From IMG/VR virus record IMGVR_UViG_3300043754_000023, positions 1-40,668 of that record: a stretch of DNA of 40,668 nt; one strand, given 5' to 3'. The notes beneath the pieces were generated by a model. That model saw only the letters and a list, made by a program, of their open reading frames with translations. It made no database searches and was not told where the DNA came from. A program made the position numbers and the translations under genes. Below, in pieces: positions 1 through 8,197 of this stretch (positions within the stretch are counted from its first letter, which is position 1; every line of letters begins with the position of its first letter). Source of the DNA: a virus (taxonomy: Duplodnaviria > Caudoviricetes).

Positions 1-127
1 CACGACTGCGGCGTACCCGCCGCTGCCAGTGGACGCCGTTGCAGGCGTCGACACAGTTCCATTCGGGTCCGTGACCGTAAGGGTCACGGTTGGGGTTCCA
101 GTAACCGGATTCCCATTGTCGTCAAGA
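1..127. repeat. Terminal 127-bp direct repeat (circular assembly overlap with 40542-40668)
   Basis: 1-127 is identical to 40542-40668, and a reading frame runs continuously across the junction. Confidence 0.95.
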
Positions 128-180
128 ATGGTTTCGGTAACACCAACGTCTTGCCCGACGTAATAGATCGTCTGAGTCAC
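1..180 (-). CDS. 5' part of head-to-tail adaptor gene (continues across the origin into 40541..39837)
   Basis: GGAGGTG RBS then GTG at 180; MTQTIYYVGQDVGVTETILDDNGNPVTGTPTVTLTVTDPNG... joins ORF 39837..40628 in frame; 294 aa in total. Confidence 0.85.
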   Translation of the reverse strand, partial: MTQTIYYVGQDVGVTETILDDNGNPVTGTPTVTLTVTDPNGTVSTPATASTGSGGYAAVV

Positions 181-191
181 TACACCTCCCC

Positions 192-638
192 CTACCTGTG
201 TCGACGGTGGACAATGTGAGCCCTGCGGGCTTCATGGTGGCCACGCCTTTGATGCGTGGCTTTCGGAATGTGATGCGCGGCAGTCCGCGCTTTCCGTACG
301 GCACGAAGCGTTTTGCGCTTCGCTACCTTCTTCCGGTGCTTGACCAGATGACGATGGCCGTGCAAGAGGATGCGCACGGCCTTTTTATGCTTGGCATGCG
401 TCTTGTGGACGACACGCTTCTTCTTGGTGGTCTTGTTGTGCGTCACATGCCGGAGCTTCTTGCCCTTCGGATGCTTCTTGATGGGCTTCAGCCGAGGGCC
501 CTTAGGATGGGCCCTCTTCTTGTGGGTAGCCTTCTTGTGCGCATGGCTCTTTACAGAGCGGCGTTTCAGCTTGTGCGCATGGCGCAGACGCGGAATGAAG
601 CGGCGGACCCTGTGTCGCCGATGAACAATTCGAAGCAC
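192..638 (-). CDS. His/Lys/Arg-rich, protamine/H1-like basic protein of unknown function
   Basis: AGGAGGTGA RBS before GTG; fills the gap between neighbours; hand count 26 H, 29 K, 28 R, 1 E, 0 D in 148 aa. Confidence 0.8.
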   Translation of the reverse strand: MLRIVHRRHRVRRFIPRLRHAHKLKRRSVKSHAHKKATHKKRAHPKGPRLKPIKKHPKGKKLRHVTHNKTTKKKRVVHKTHAKHKKAVRILLHGHRHLVKHRKKVAKRKTLRAVRKARTAAHHIPKATHQRRGHHEARRAHIVHRRHR

Positions 639-651
639 AGGGTCTCACCTC

Positions 652-855
652 CTACTTGACGTCAATGACCTCAGCAAGCCGGCTGACGACGTCAGAGAAA
701 TGCGCCTTGCCCTCCTCTTCGAGGGTGGAGACATCGAACTTCTTGATCTCCTCGGACGCCCAGGAGAGTTCTTTCAGGATGGCGTCCTTATCAGCCTTCT
801 TGCTGACGAACGTCAGCTCACGCATAAGGCCATCGGCGTAGTTGACCGGATTCAC
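652..855 (-). CDS. Small head-module hypothetical protein
   Basis: GGGGG RBS-like run upstream; directly follows the capsid gene. Confidence 0.75.
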   Translation of the reverse strand: MNPVNYADGLMRELTFVSKKADKDAILKELSWASEEIKKFDVSTLEEEGKAHFSDVVSRLAEVIDVK

Positions 856-871
856 TCCAACCCCCTAAGAA

Positions 872-2221
872 TTAGAAGGTCGGGGCAACCAGACCAGTGC
901 CGTTGATCAGAGAGATCGACTTCGGGTAACGGCCCGCCTGGAAAGAGAAGTAGTTGTACAGGCGGACGAACACCGACATGTTCTGAGCGTAGGTCTGCTG
1001 GAAGGCCTCAGCGCGAACGTTGGACTCCCACAGGACAAGGTCGCTCATGCGGGCGACAAGGATGAAGTCCTGGTTAGTGCCAGCGCCCAGGTTGGTCGGG
1101 ATCGTGGCGTCCACGTAGACCGGGAGACCGAGCATTTCACCGACAAGACCCTGAGACGCGGTGCCGTCCATGGCACCAACGGGGTTGTAGGCACCGGCGC
1201 GCGGGGTAACAAGCGGACGGTTGGCGGTGTCCGACTGCGACAGGCACCAGGCCCAACGGGTCGGGTGCATCACGATCGCGTCCGGAGGCAGGAAGCGATT
1301 CGTGTGAACGAGCTGAATGGCGTTCGCAAGCTTCGGGAACAGAGCGTTCGCGCCCGTACCACCCAGGGTCGGCGACGCCGAAGTGAAGGTAACGGCGTTG
1401 GTGCCAGACAGGGTGGAAATGCCAGTGACAGTGCCGCCGGTGCCGGCGCCAGTCAGAACCTGAGTATTCAGCTTCTGCGCGTAGTCCGCAGCAAGATCCT
1501 GAAGGACGACATTGTCAATGTTCAGCGGAGACTGCTCCAGGAGCTGGAGAGAAACCGTCTGACCACCAGCAATGGTGACGACCGGAGACGAAACCGAAGT
1601 GGTCGTCAGGTCGGTGTTCTGAACACCCGTGTTCTGCGAGGACTGCGGAGCAACCGCAGTACCGCTGTTGACCTTCGGGATGTTAATGGAGTCAGTGCCC
1701 GGAGGCAGATCCATCGTCGGGCACAGGTTCGCAGTAATGCGACCCGGACGAACGAACTTGATGAACTCGTCTTCCAGCCACAGGGGCGGAACGAACTCTC
1801 CACCGGCACCAGTGGTCGTGCTGATGGCACGCTTTTCGGCGACAATCTTGTCATTGCGCTGAAGGCGCGCAGACGCGTCACGGTCGCCCTTGGCGGTCGC
1901 CCGGTAAAGGTCGCGGAAGTACGAGTGAGAACCGCTGTCCTTCCGGTAAACCTCAGGCTCCGACGTCACCTTGACGCCGGAAGGCGCATAGCGCTTCGCC
2001 ATCTCGGCCGCAGCCTCGTCAGAGCGAATCTGCTCATCGAGCTCCTTGATGCGCGCGTCAAACGCGCGAACCTCAGACTCACCGGCCTCAAAAGCCGAAC
2101 GCTCTTCGTCGCTGAAAGACTTGTCCTCGCGGGCTTCAGCCGCAGACAGAAGACCATCGAGCTCAGCGCGCTTCGCGGCGCGCTTAGCCGTCAGGTCGGC
2201 AATCATGGCACGCTTGTCCAT
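872..2221 (-). CDS. Major capsid protein, HK97 fold with N-terminal delta domain
   Basis: Coiled-coil N-terminus, GGEFVPP motif, MHP..W and GLPVYVD motifs; AAGGAGG RBS; portal-protease-capsid synteny. Confidence 0.95.
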   Translation of the reverse strand: MDKRAMIADLTAKRAAKRAELDGLLSAAEAREDKSFSDEERSAFEAGESEVRAFDARIKELDEQIRSDEAAAEMAKRYAPSGVKVTSEPEVYRKDSGSHSYFRDLYRATAKGDRDASARLQRNDKIVAEKRAISTTTGAGGEFVPPLWLEDEFIKFVRPGRITANLCPTMDLPPGTDSINIPKVNSGTAVAPQSSQNTGVQNTDLTTTSVSSPVVTIAGGQTVSLQLLEQSPLNIDNVVLQDLAADYAQKLNTQVLTGAGTGGTVTGISTLSGTNAVTFTSASPTLGGTGANALFPKLANAIQLVHTNRFLPPDAIVMHPTRWAWCLSQSDTANRPLVTPRAGAYNPVGAMDGTASQGLVGEMLGLPVYVDATIPTNLGAGTNQDFILVARMSDLVLWESNVRAEAFQQTYAQNMSVFVRLYNYFSFQAGRYPKSISLINGTGLVAPTF

Positions 2222-2245
2222 GTATTACCCTCCTTAGGGTTAAGT

Positions 2246-2333
2246 GCGCCTGCCATGGGAAACGGGTGGTTTCTCAGGTGGTGGCCCCTGTAAATGGGCT
2301 CCGGCGTAAGCTCCGGCGCGTTCAGGGCAGGCA
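2246..2333 (-). promoter_or_regulatory. Structured RNA leader of the capsid gene with two repeated internal loops
   Basis: Outer UGCCUGCC/GGCAGGCG stem enclosing two CGCCGGA / ACCACC internal loops (hand-folded). Confidence 0.6.
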
Positions 2334-2335
2334 TG

Positions 2336-2366
2336 AAAAAGGCGCCACACGGCTGTGTGGCGCCCC
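2336..2366 (-). terminator. Intrinsic terminator after the protease gene
   Basis: GGCGCCACAC-AGCC-GTGTGGCGCC followed by TTTTT on the minus strand. Confidence 0.8.
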
Positions 2367-2382
2367 TAAATGGTTGGCTGGA

Positions 2383-3054
2383 CTACTTGTCCAGCATGAA
2401 GGCCCTGGCCTTGTAGTAGGCCAGGGAATCGCCCTTGACGGGCTCCTTGGGGGCTTCGGCCCCTCGCAGGGATTGAATGTATTCCTGCACCCGTGCCATG
2501 TCGTCATCAGACAGGCCACGGAGATTCGTGAGGCCACCCGTGTGCGGGTTGGCCCCATAGTTCACGACACTGACGTCACCCTTAGAGAGGTTAACCTCAT
2601 TGATCCAACGCTCTGTGTAGTCGTTGTTCCACTCCTGCCGCGTAACACGGAACGCAAAGGACATCTCGTCAAGGTCACCGCGCTCCATAGCGCTCTGAAT
2701 GCTCTGGACGACAGGATTACGGGCGTCGAGATCTGCCTCAACATGCAGGCCTGTGGAGTCCTCAGACAGGCGCATGGTGCCGGACTTGGTCCGGGCAAGA
2801 GTCATTCCGTCATGATTGAGCTTGAACGGAACATCTGCGCCTTCGGCAAGAGTCTTCTTGAAGGCGCCACGACTGACGGTCTCCGTGTAGGCACCGATGA
2901 AGTCTTCTATCTCGTACGGAGTGTCAGTCACAGAGGCGTAGCCAGTGAATGTCAGCGTATTGCCATCATCCTTGGAGCGCAGCTCCATGCCCTCGAAAGG
3001 CGTACGCCGGGTTTCAGGGACGTTCCGGCGTTCCGCCCTTGGAGTGTTAGTCAT
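2383..3054 (-). CDS. HK97-family prohead protease
   Basis: FTGYASV, ETVSRGAFKKTL, LNHD, MSFAF and DVSVV motifs. Confidence 0.93.
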   Translation of the reverse strand: MTNTPRAERRNVPETRRTPFEGMELRSKDDGNTLTFTGYASVTDTPYEIEDFIGAYTETVSRGAFKKTLAEGADVPFKLNHDGMTLARTKSGTMRLSEDSTGLHVEADLDARNPVVQSIQSAMERGDLDEMSFAFRVTRQEWNNDYTERWINEVNLSKGDVSVVNYGANPHTGGLTNLRGLSDDDMARVQEYIQSLRGAEAPKEPVKGDSLAYYKARAFMLDK

Positions 3055-4328
3055 TTACCCTCCTTGGGAGGTTCGGCCGGCGCCGCCGGCTCTTCAGCGG
3101 GCTCAGGCTCTTCCTGGCCCGGTTCCCAACCGGGATCGGTGGTGTGCGCGCTGTTCAGCGGCGCGAAGATGTCTTCACCCTTGCCGTCAGGCAGGGGGTC
3201 AAGATTCTCGTCAGCTCGGATCTCGTCAATGGTCTTGATGGCTGCGTTCCGCGCCTGCATGTAAATGGCGTAACGACCAGACGTGTCAGTCCTAAGAAGC
3301 GCATCCACATTGAAGTAGGCAGTCTGAGTGCCCGGCAGCATGCCGGACCAGGCATCCTCAAAGGCGTTGATCCAGTCGACTAGCGTGTAACGCAGGAAGC
3401 CCAAAGACTGCTGCTCAATGCCAGTACCCCAAGACGTAGTCCTGTCGACCTGACCAAGCATGTGCGGCGGGACGCCGAACAGCATCGCAATATCAAGGTT
3501 CTGAGCGGCACGAGTGCCCAGGAACTGGGCATCTTCAGGAGAGACCGAGATAGGGCGCCATTCAGCGCCACCAGTCAGCACGCCAACGGTGTGCGCGTTC
3601 CTGAGACCGCCGTGTGAGGCGGTAAAGCTCTCCTTGAGCTGGCGAGCCCGCTCCTTGTCCAAGTCTCCAGGGACTTGGACGATGCCGGACATGTGGGCTC
3701 CGCTCCCGAAGAAGCGGGCACCGAATTCCTCGGCCGCAAGACCGAGACCGATAGCGTTCCTGGCATGGGAGATAACCGAGATCCCCGTAGGGCTCTCGGG
3801 GTAGGACAGACCGATCAGGTGGACCATGTCCATTGCGTCAACCGGGATGCGGTTGACCTCGTAGACCCTGTTCCAGTTCTCATCAAAGACACAGGCGACA
3901 CGATCAGGGTGAAGAACCCTGAGCTGTGAAGGGCGGTTGAACGTGTCCCTTGCTACGACCAACGCGTAAGCGTTGCCCCTGAGCAGAAGGGAAACCATCA
4001 TCTGCTGAAAGCCTTCACGGCGCTTCAAGAGCGCCGTATTGCCTGTCCCGCCCCCAAAGGGGTTTGAGATGATGGGCGGAGGCGGCTCAATAGGCTTCCG
4101 GACCTTGCCGACCTTGCGGACGGCATCAAAGGGGAGGTTTGCAACGGCGTTCGTGATGATGCGAACGCATGCAGCCACGGCCAGGAGCTGCATCGCCGTG
4201 TCCTCAGTGACAGGCACGCCGGCCGCAGTGACTGCGGCAAGCGATCCGTTGGACGGGATCGCCCAAGGGTCACCGGCCCCGGAAGGGCTGAAAAAGCGCT
4301 TCTCAACGCTCTTGCTGAGAAATCCCAT
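3051..4328 (-). CDS. Portal protein (HK97 family)
   Basis: LLLRGNAY, DAQFL..R, IAMLFGVPPHMLG and DEIRA.ENL.P motifs. Confidence 0.95.
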   Translation of the reverse strand: MGFLSKSVEKRFFSPSGAGDPWAIPSNGSLAAVTAAGVPVTEDTAMQLLAVAACVRIITNAVANLPFDAVRKVGKVRKPIEPPPPIISNPFGGGTGNTALLKRREGFQQMMVSLLLRGNAYALVVARDTFNRPSQLRVLHPDRVACVFDENWNRVYEVNRIPVDAMDMVHLIGLSYPESPTGISVISHARNAIGLGLAAEEFGARFFGSGAHMSGIVQVPGDLDKERARQLKESFTASHGGLRNAHTVGVLTGGAEWRPISVSPEDAQFLGTRAAQNLDIAMLFGVPPHMLGQVDRTTSWGTGIEQQSLGFLRYTLVDWINAFEDAWSGMLPGTQTAYFNVDALLRTDTSGRYAIYMQARNAAIKTIDEIRADENLDPLPDGKGEDIFAPLNSAHTTDPGWEPGQEEPEPAEEPAAPAEPPKEGK

Positions 4329-4513
4329 TAGTCAATCGCCCTCCCCACCAGAAAGAGGGCGATACCGAGCGATACAAGCCCCACAACAGGAATCCACCAC
4401 CATGCAGCGCCAACCAGGCAACCAACACCAGCTAGCTCAATGACACTGGAGGTGGTCTGGCGAGGCTCATTTAGGCGCACTTTTGGCAGTTTGAGACGCT
4501 GTAGCCAACGCAT
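4328..4513 (-). CDS. Small membrane protein between terminase and portal
   Basis: GGAGG RBS; two hydrophobic segments; TAATG overlap with portal. Confidence 0.75.
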   Translation of the reverse strand: MRWLQRLKLPKVRLNEPRQTTSSVIELAGVGCLVGAAWWWIPVVGLVSLGIALFLVGRAID

Positions 4514-4524
4514 ATTTCCTCCAA

Positions 4525-6039
4525 TCAGAGGTCATTCCAGCTGAAAAATTGTGGAATTGGTTCCCTTTCGGGCTCTTGAACGGCCCTTTCGAGGGCCATG
4601 ATTGCCGAGACGGCAAGGTCAATCTTCCGTGGTGAGCCTTTGAACTCCTTCGAGATCATCGCGCCACGGTTATTGGTCTTGATGATGGCGTTCCCCAGAT
4701 GCCGCGCTAGGCGCGGGTCACCGGAGTGCGTCACGGTCTTGTTCATGACCGCTTCGTAGAAGCGCTGAGTCGCCGGAACCATTCGAGTAGGCGACTGAGG
4801 GAACTCAACGACCGGAAGACCTTCGTCTTCGAGCACTTCATACGTTCTTGCCCATCGGGCAGGGTCACAGACGATTTCCCTGACTTCCCAGCGCCGACAG
4901 GCGTTGCGAATAGCAGCTTCAACATCAAGGATCGGGACTTTCCAGTCCTGTCCGGCGTCCGCCGGCCGTTCCCATGCGTCTACGACGTCAATGTGAGGCT
5001 TGTCGTCCTCATCAATGGGGCAGCTCACGACTGTGAGCGCCGTAGAGTCGTTGTTGTAGGACCCATCAAAGCCCAGACAGACCTCAGCGCCATCAGGGAT
5101 GGCTACAGAGTCGTCTTCACAAGCCTCCCAGGTGCCTGCCGGCAACCAGGCCTGTGCGGTGCTAACCCACATATCCATACGCTTCGTCCGGAACTCCGCT
5201 TCGGGAGTCCGGAGCATGGAGGAGTGGAAATCTTCTTCGGCAACGATGTCCCCGAATCCGGGGTTCGCTGCTGCCCAAACGGCGGGGTCCTTATGGTCTG
5301 AGCCCTCGGGGGCTCCCCACCACGACATGAAGAACGATGGGTCTTCGATCTCGGCTGCCGCGACGCGGCAGCCGTACTGCCACATCGCGTAACAGAGGCT
5401 GTCATTGCCTGTGGAGTCCGTCCGGACTCCTGCGGTCGTGATACCGACCATCAGGGGTTCCTTGCGAGCGCCAGAGGCGAGAGCCATGACGTCCCAGAGT
5501 TCACGATTGGGCTGAACGTGAACCTCATCGAAAATGACCAAGTGAGGGTTGAGACCCTCCTTGGAGTACGCCTCAGCAGAGAGGACGCGGTACACGCTTC
5601 CGGTCGCCGGAAGCTCAATGGCGTCCCGATAGGTCTTGAACATGCCGCTCAACTGCGGCTCAAGCTCAATCATCTTCTTCGTTGTCGAGAAGACAATCCG
5701 CGCCTGTTCCTTGTCGCCGGCACATGAATAGACCTCACCACCGGTTGGCCCGAAGGCCAACCCGAAGAGGCCGATACCAGCCGCAAGAGCAGACTTGCCG
5801 TTCTTGCGAGGCATGCCTATCAGGGCCTGCCTGTGCTTCAGGCGCCCGTCTGCCCGACGGGCGAACAGCCGGCCCATCAAGTCTTCCTGCCATGGCCTGA
5901 GGACCATGGGCTCTCCTGCGTCGCCACCGACGCTGTCTTTGGTGATCCGAAGGAACTGAGCGAAGTCACAAAAGAGGCCACCGTCTCCGGTGGCTATCTC
6001 CCGATCAGTGACTGGAGTGAGGTATAGGGGCTTCGTGAT
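4525..6039 (-). CDS. terL: Terminase large subunit (probable ATC start at 6039; first ATG at 5907)
   Basis: PRKNGKS Walker A, IFDEVH Walker B, GFDGS and KIDLA nuclease motifs; frame open upstream to 6069 with a TerL-like N-terminus. Confidence 0.93.
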   Translation of the reverse strand: MTKPLYLTPVTDREIATGDGGLFCDFAQFLRITKDSVGGDAGEPMVLRPWQEDLMGRLFARRADGRLKHRQALIGMPRKNGKSALAAGIGLFGLAFGPTGGEVYSCAGDKEQARIVFSTTKKMIELEPQLSGMFKTYRDAIELPATGSVYRVLSAEAYSKEGLNPHLVIFDEVHVQPNRELWDVMALASGARKEPLMVGITTAGVRTDSTGNDSLCYAMWQYGCRVAAAEIEDPSFFMSWWGAPEGSDHKDPAVWAAANPGFGDIVAEEDFHSSMLRTPEAEFRTKRMDMWVSTAQAWLPAGTWEACEDDSVAIPDGAEVCLGFDGSYNNDSTALTVVSCPIDEDDKPHIDVVDAWERPADAGQDWKVPILDVEAAIRNACRRWEVREIVCDPARWARTYEVLEDEGLPVVEFPQSPTRMVPATQRFYEAVMNKTVTHSGDPRLARHLGNAIIKTNNRGAMISKEFKGSPRKIDLAVSAIMALERAVQEPEREPIPQFFSWNDL

Positions 6040-6040
6040 C

Positions 6041-6511
6041 TCAGCCCCCTCTCTTCGCCCTACTGGCCATCATCTGTTCGAGTTGGTTCTGAGCCTTCAC
6101 TTCGGCCACGCCAAGGCGTGTCCTGTCTGCCGGCGTCAGGCCGAGAGATGCCGCCATTGAGGCAATCTCCTTCTCAATGGTCGACAGCATGCCAACCAAG
6201 GGGTTGGCGTAGGCGTAGCCCTTGTCCGTGTAGAGAACGGGATCGGAAGCGGCTAGACGCCGCTTGAAGTCGGCTCGCTGATCAATCTTCTCGCACATGA
6301 TGACCATGAATGGTCGATCGCTTTCGGCGATCCATTGGCACTGGGACGTGATGAGTTCATATACGGCCGATCCATCGGCCTCAAGATGATCCGGCGCACT
6401 CGCCGTGACCGGAACGACAGTTCCGACTTCCTTGAGATCCGGGAGCGGTCTGCGACCGGGATTTCCCCGCTTTCGCTTCCGCTCCGCAGGTTGCGGAGGT
6501 GGTCCAGGCAT
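6041..6511 (-). CDS. terS: Terminase small subunit (P27-like)
   Basis: GPPP..GNPG.R N-terminus, NPLV and LGLTPADR motifs; AAGGAGGT RBS before ATG 6511. Confidence 0.9.
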   Translation of the reverse strand: MPGPPPQPAERKRKRGNPGRRPLPDLKEVGTVVPVTASAPDHLEADGSAVYELITSQCQWIAESDRPFMVIMCEKIDQRADFKRRLAASDPVLYTDKGYAYANPLVGMLSTIEKEIASMAASLGLTPADRTRLGVAEVKAQNQLEQMMASRAKRGG

Positions 6512-6544
6512 GGTTATGCAGACCTCCTTTCCGCTGGTCACAGC

Positions 6545-6760
6545 GTGTACGGGCTGTCAGCGGCCTGAAGGCCTTAGTGGGGGAGATCCCCCACCCTTCT
6601 AACCTGCGAAAATGTGCGGGGTCATGGGGGCCGGGTCTTTTGCGCGTCAGAAAACGAAGATCTACCCACCCCCCGGTACGCGGCTACAGCCGCTCACAAG
6701 TACAGAGAGTGACATCAATCAGTGCATGTGTATGCGGGAAGGATGCATAAAAGAAAAAGA
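6545..6760. other. Probable cos/packaging-initiation region
   Basis: Non-coding gap between HNH and terS with G/C runs; the usual cos position in HNH-TerS phages; exact cut site not identifiable. Confidence 0.4.
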
Positions 6761-6825
6761 TTATGCATTGCCTCTCGGCCGTGCCTCAGCACGGCTATAG
6801 TCATGGCACAACCAGGGGAGGAAAC

Positions 6826-7005
6826 ATGGGGGTCGTGCAGAACGCAGCCCTGCTGCGGACACTGGACAACGCCAGCAACAGGGAGGCAGAGCTACTGACT
6901 GCCTTACTGGCAGAGCAGCAGCAGACCAACCACCTGCTGGCACAGCTCATACACATGCTGAGCCGACAGGCTCTGCCCAGTACCACATCCTGGGGACGCT
7001 CCTAG
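6826..7005 (+). CDS. Small helical protein oriented opposite to the late operon
   Basis: GGGGAGG RBS before ATG 6826; TATAGT upstream; amphipathic LLAEQQQTNHLLAQL. Confidence 0.6.
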   Translation: MGVVQNAALLRTLDNASNREAELLTALLAEQQQTNHLLAQLIHMLSRQALPSTTSWGRS

Positions 7006-7337
7006 GCGTCCTTCTTCCTACTGTTGCAGGAGCGGCAAAGCACACGGAGATTGGCGGCACTGTCAGTGCCGCCTTTCTTCTTGGGAACAATGTGGTCAAC
7101 AGTCAGATCCCCTGAAACATGACCAGGGGTCAAATAACCTGGGCACCAGTCGCCATAAAGAGCCTTGTGTCTGGCAATCATCTGCGCCGCTGTACGGCGC
7201 CAGGAGGACGTGTAGCCACGTGCGGTAGAAGAACCACGCAGTTGCTCCTGTCGGGCCGCATACGCGGCCTGGTGGCTGTCACAGCGGCTCTTGTTGGCCG
7301 TGAGGCGGCCACAGTCCAGGCAGGGACGCTTAGGCAT
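7002..7337 (-). CDS. HNH endonuclease (terminase-associated)
   Basis: CxxC N-terminus, ARGY...W, VDHIVPK..GG...NLRVLCRSCNSRK. Confidence 0.92.
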   Translation of the reverse strand: MPKRPCLDCGRLTANKSRCDSHQAAYAARQEQLRGSSTARGYTSSWRRTAAQMIARHKALYGDWCPGYLTPGHVSGDLTVDHIVPKKKGGTDSAANLRVLCRSCNSRKKDA

Positions 7338-7473
7338 CGTCGTCTACGCCTAGATGCTGCTTGAGCTCATCACGCACCTTGCGAAGGTGCCGGTTATGGA
7401 AGACAACCACACAGGCGCCTGTGATGGCGCTGGCGACTAGGTTGGGCAGTACCTGCCCGATGAACCACGTCAT
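7330..7473 (-). CDS. Small membrane protein (47 aa, absent from ORF track)
   Basis: MTWFIGQVLPNLVASAITGACVVVFH...; overlaps both neighbours. Confidence 0.65.
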   Translation of the reverse strand: MTWFIGQVLPNLVASAITGACVVVFHNRHLRKVRDELKQHLGVDDDA

Positions 7474-7964
7474 GACGACTTGAGACTGTAGAGACAGCCT
7501 GGCGTGACATAGCCAGGCCAGCGACCGTCATGAAAGAGCTCCACACCGTTCTGCCTGTAGCAGTAGTCAACAAGCTGAGAACAGATCATGTGCTTGCTGG
7601 AAGCAACGTAGCGCTTCAGAAGGCTGTTTCCAGGGATGTGGAGCGTATGAGCCGCGATAGCGGCGTAGTCGGCAAAGCTGTAGGGAGTTCCTACGAGACT
7701 CAGCGCTGTAAGCGCGATTCCTCGACGCTGAGCGTCGGTAAGGTCGACCCAACCGGTCGACCAGAGGATGTCATCGTATTCGGAGACTGGAGAGAGCTTC
7801 GCTCCTCCGGGCTCAGCTTCTATGAGCTGATCTCCACCGACATAAATGACTGCATGCTCATAATCGGCGAACTTGTCGCCGTTGAGCCATTGACCGAATC
7901 GAATGAGGCGCCCAGCGGCGCCGTTCATCCTTACAAGACCAAAATCCCCGATCTCGGGCAACAC
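7470..7964 (-). CDS. Permuted papain-like NlpC/P60 protein (YaeF/YiiX-like)
   Basis: His (EHAVIYVG) precedes G.PY and Cys (ICSQLV); GGAGGTGA RBS. Confidence 0.85.
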   Translation of the reverse strand: MLPEIGDFGLVRMNGAAGRLIRFGQWLNGDKFADYEHAVIYVGGDQLIEAEPGGAKLSPVSEYDDILWSTGWVDLTDAQRRGIALTALSLVGTPYSFADYAAIAAHTLHIPGNSLLKRYVASSKHMICSQLVDYCYRQNGVELFHDGRWPGYVTPGCLYSLKSS

Positions 7965-8039
7965 TGATCACCTCCAAATAAGTTGACCCTGCGCTAAGCG
8001 CCAACACGAGCGTTGGCCAATCACCCGTTTACGGGTCAG

Positions 8040-8112
8040 CTCTCCAACCTGGATTCGAACCAGGAACCGACTGGGTAACAACCAGGTGCTCTACCAATTG
8101 AGCTATCGGAGA
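8040..8112 (-). tRNA. tRNA-Asn(GTT)
   Basis: TCTCCGA/TTGGAGA acceptor, GCTC/GAGC D arm, loop TTGTTAC, CCTGG-TTCGAAT-CCAGG T arm, G73; CCA not encoded. Confidence 0.92.
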
Positions 8113-8117
8113 TTGAT

Positions 8118-8180
8118 GGCCTACGGCCTGACTATCAACAGGCAGTAGATGTATCCGCTAAAGCGGGCATAGCGTAGGCC
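8118..8180 (-). ncRNA. Structured RNA module (three-way junction) upstream of tRNA-Asn
   Basis: GGCCTACG/CGTAGGCC stem enclosing CCGC-TTTA-GCGG and GCCTG-N8-CAGGC hairpins; strand inferred from context. Confidence 0.5.
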
Positions 8181-8197
8181 GTTGGTTAACCAACCAA

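Noticed and set aside
1-127. Biological direct terminal repeat
   Set aside because: 127 bp matches a common assembler k-mer overlap and falls mid-gene; the HNH/TerS layout suggests cos ends elsewhere
198-659. Plus-strand hydrophobic ORFs (153 aa and 84 aa)
   Set aside because: Antisense shadows of the Lys/His-rich gene; no RBS and opposite to the operon
1265-3264. Long plus-strand ORFs opposite capsid and protease (and similar ones opposite tail genes)
   Set aside because: Typical stop-poor antisense frames in GC-rich coding DNA
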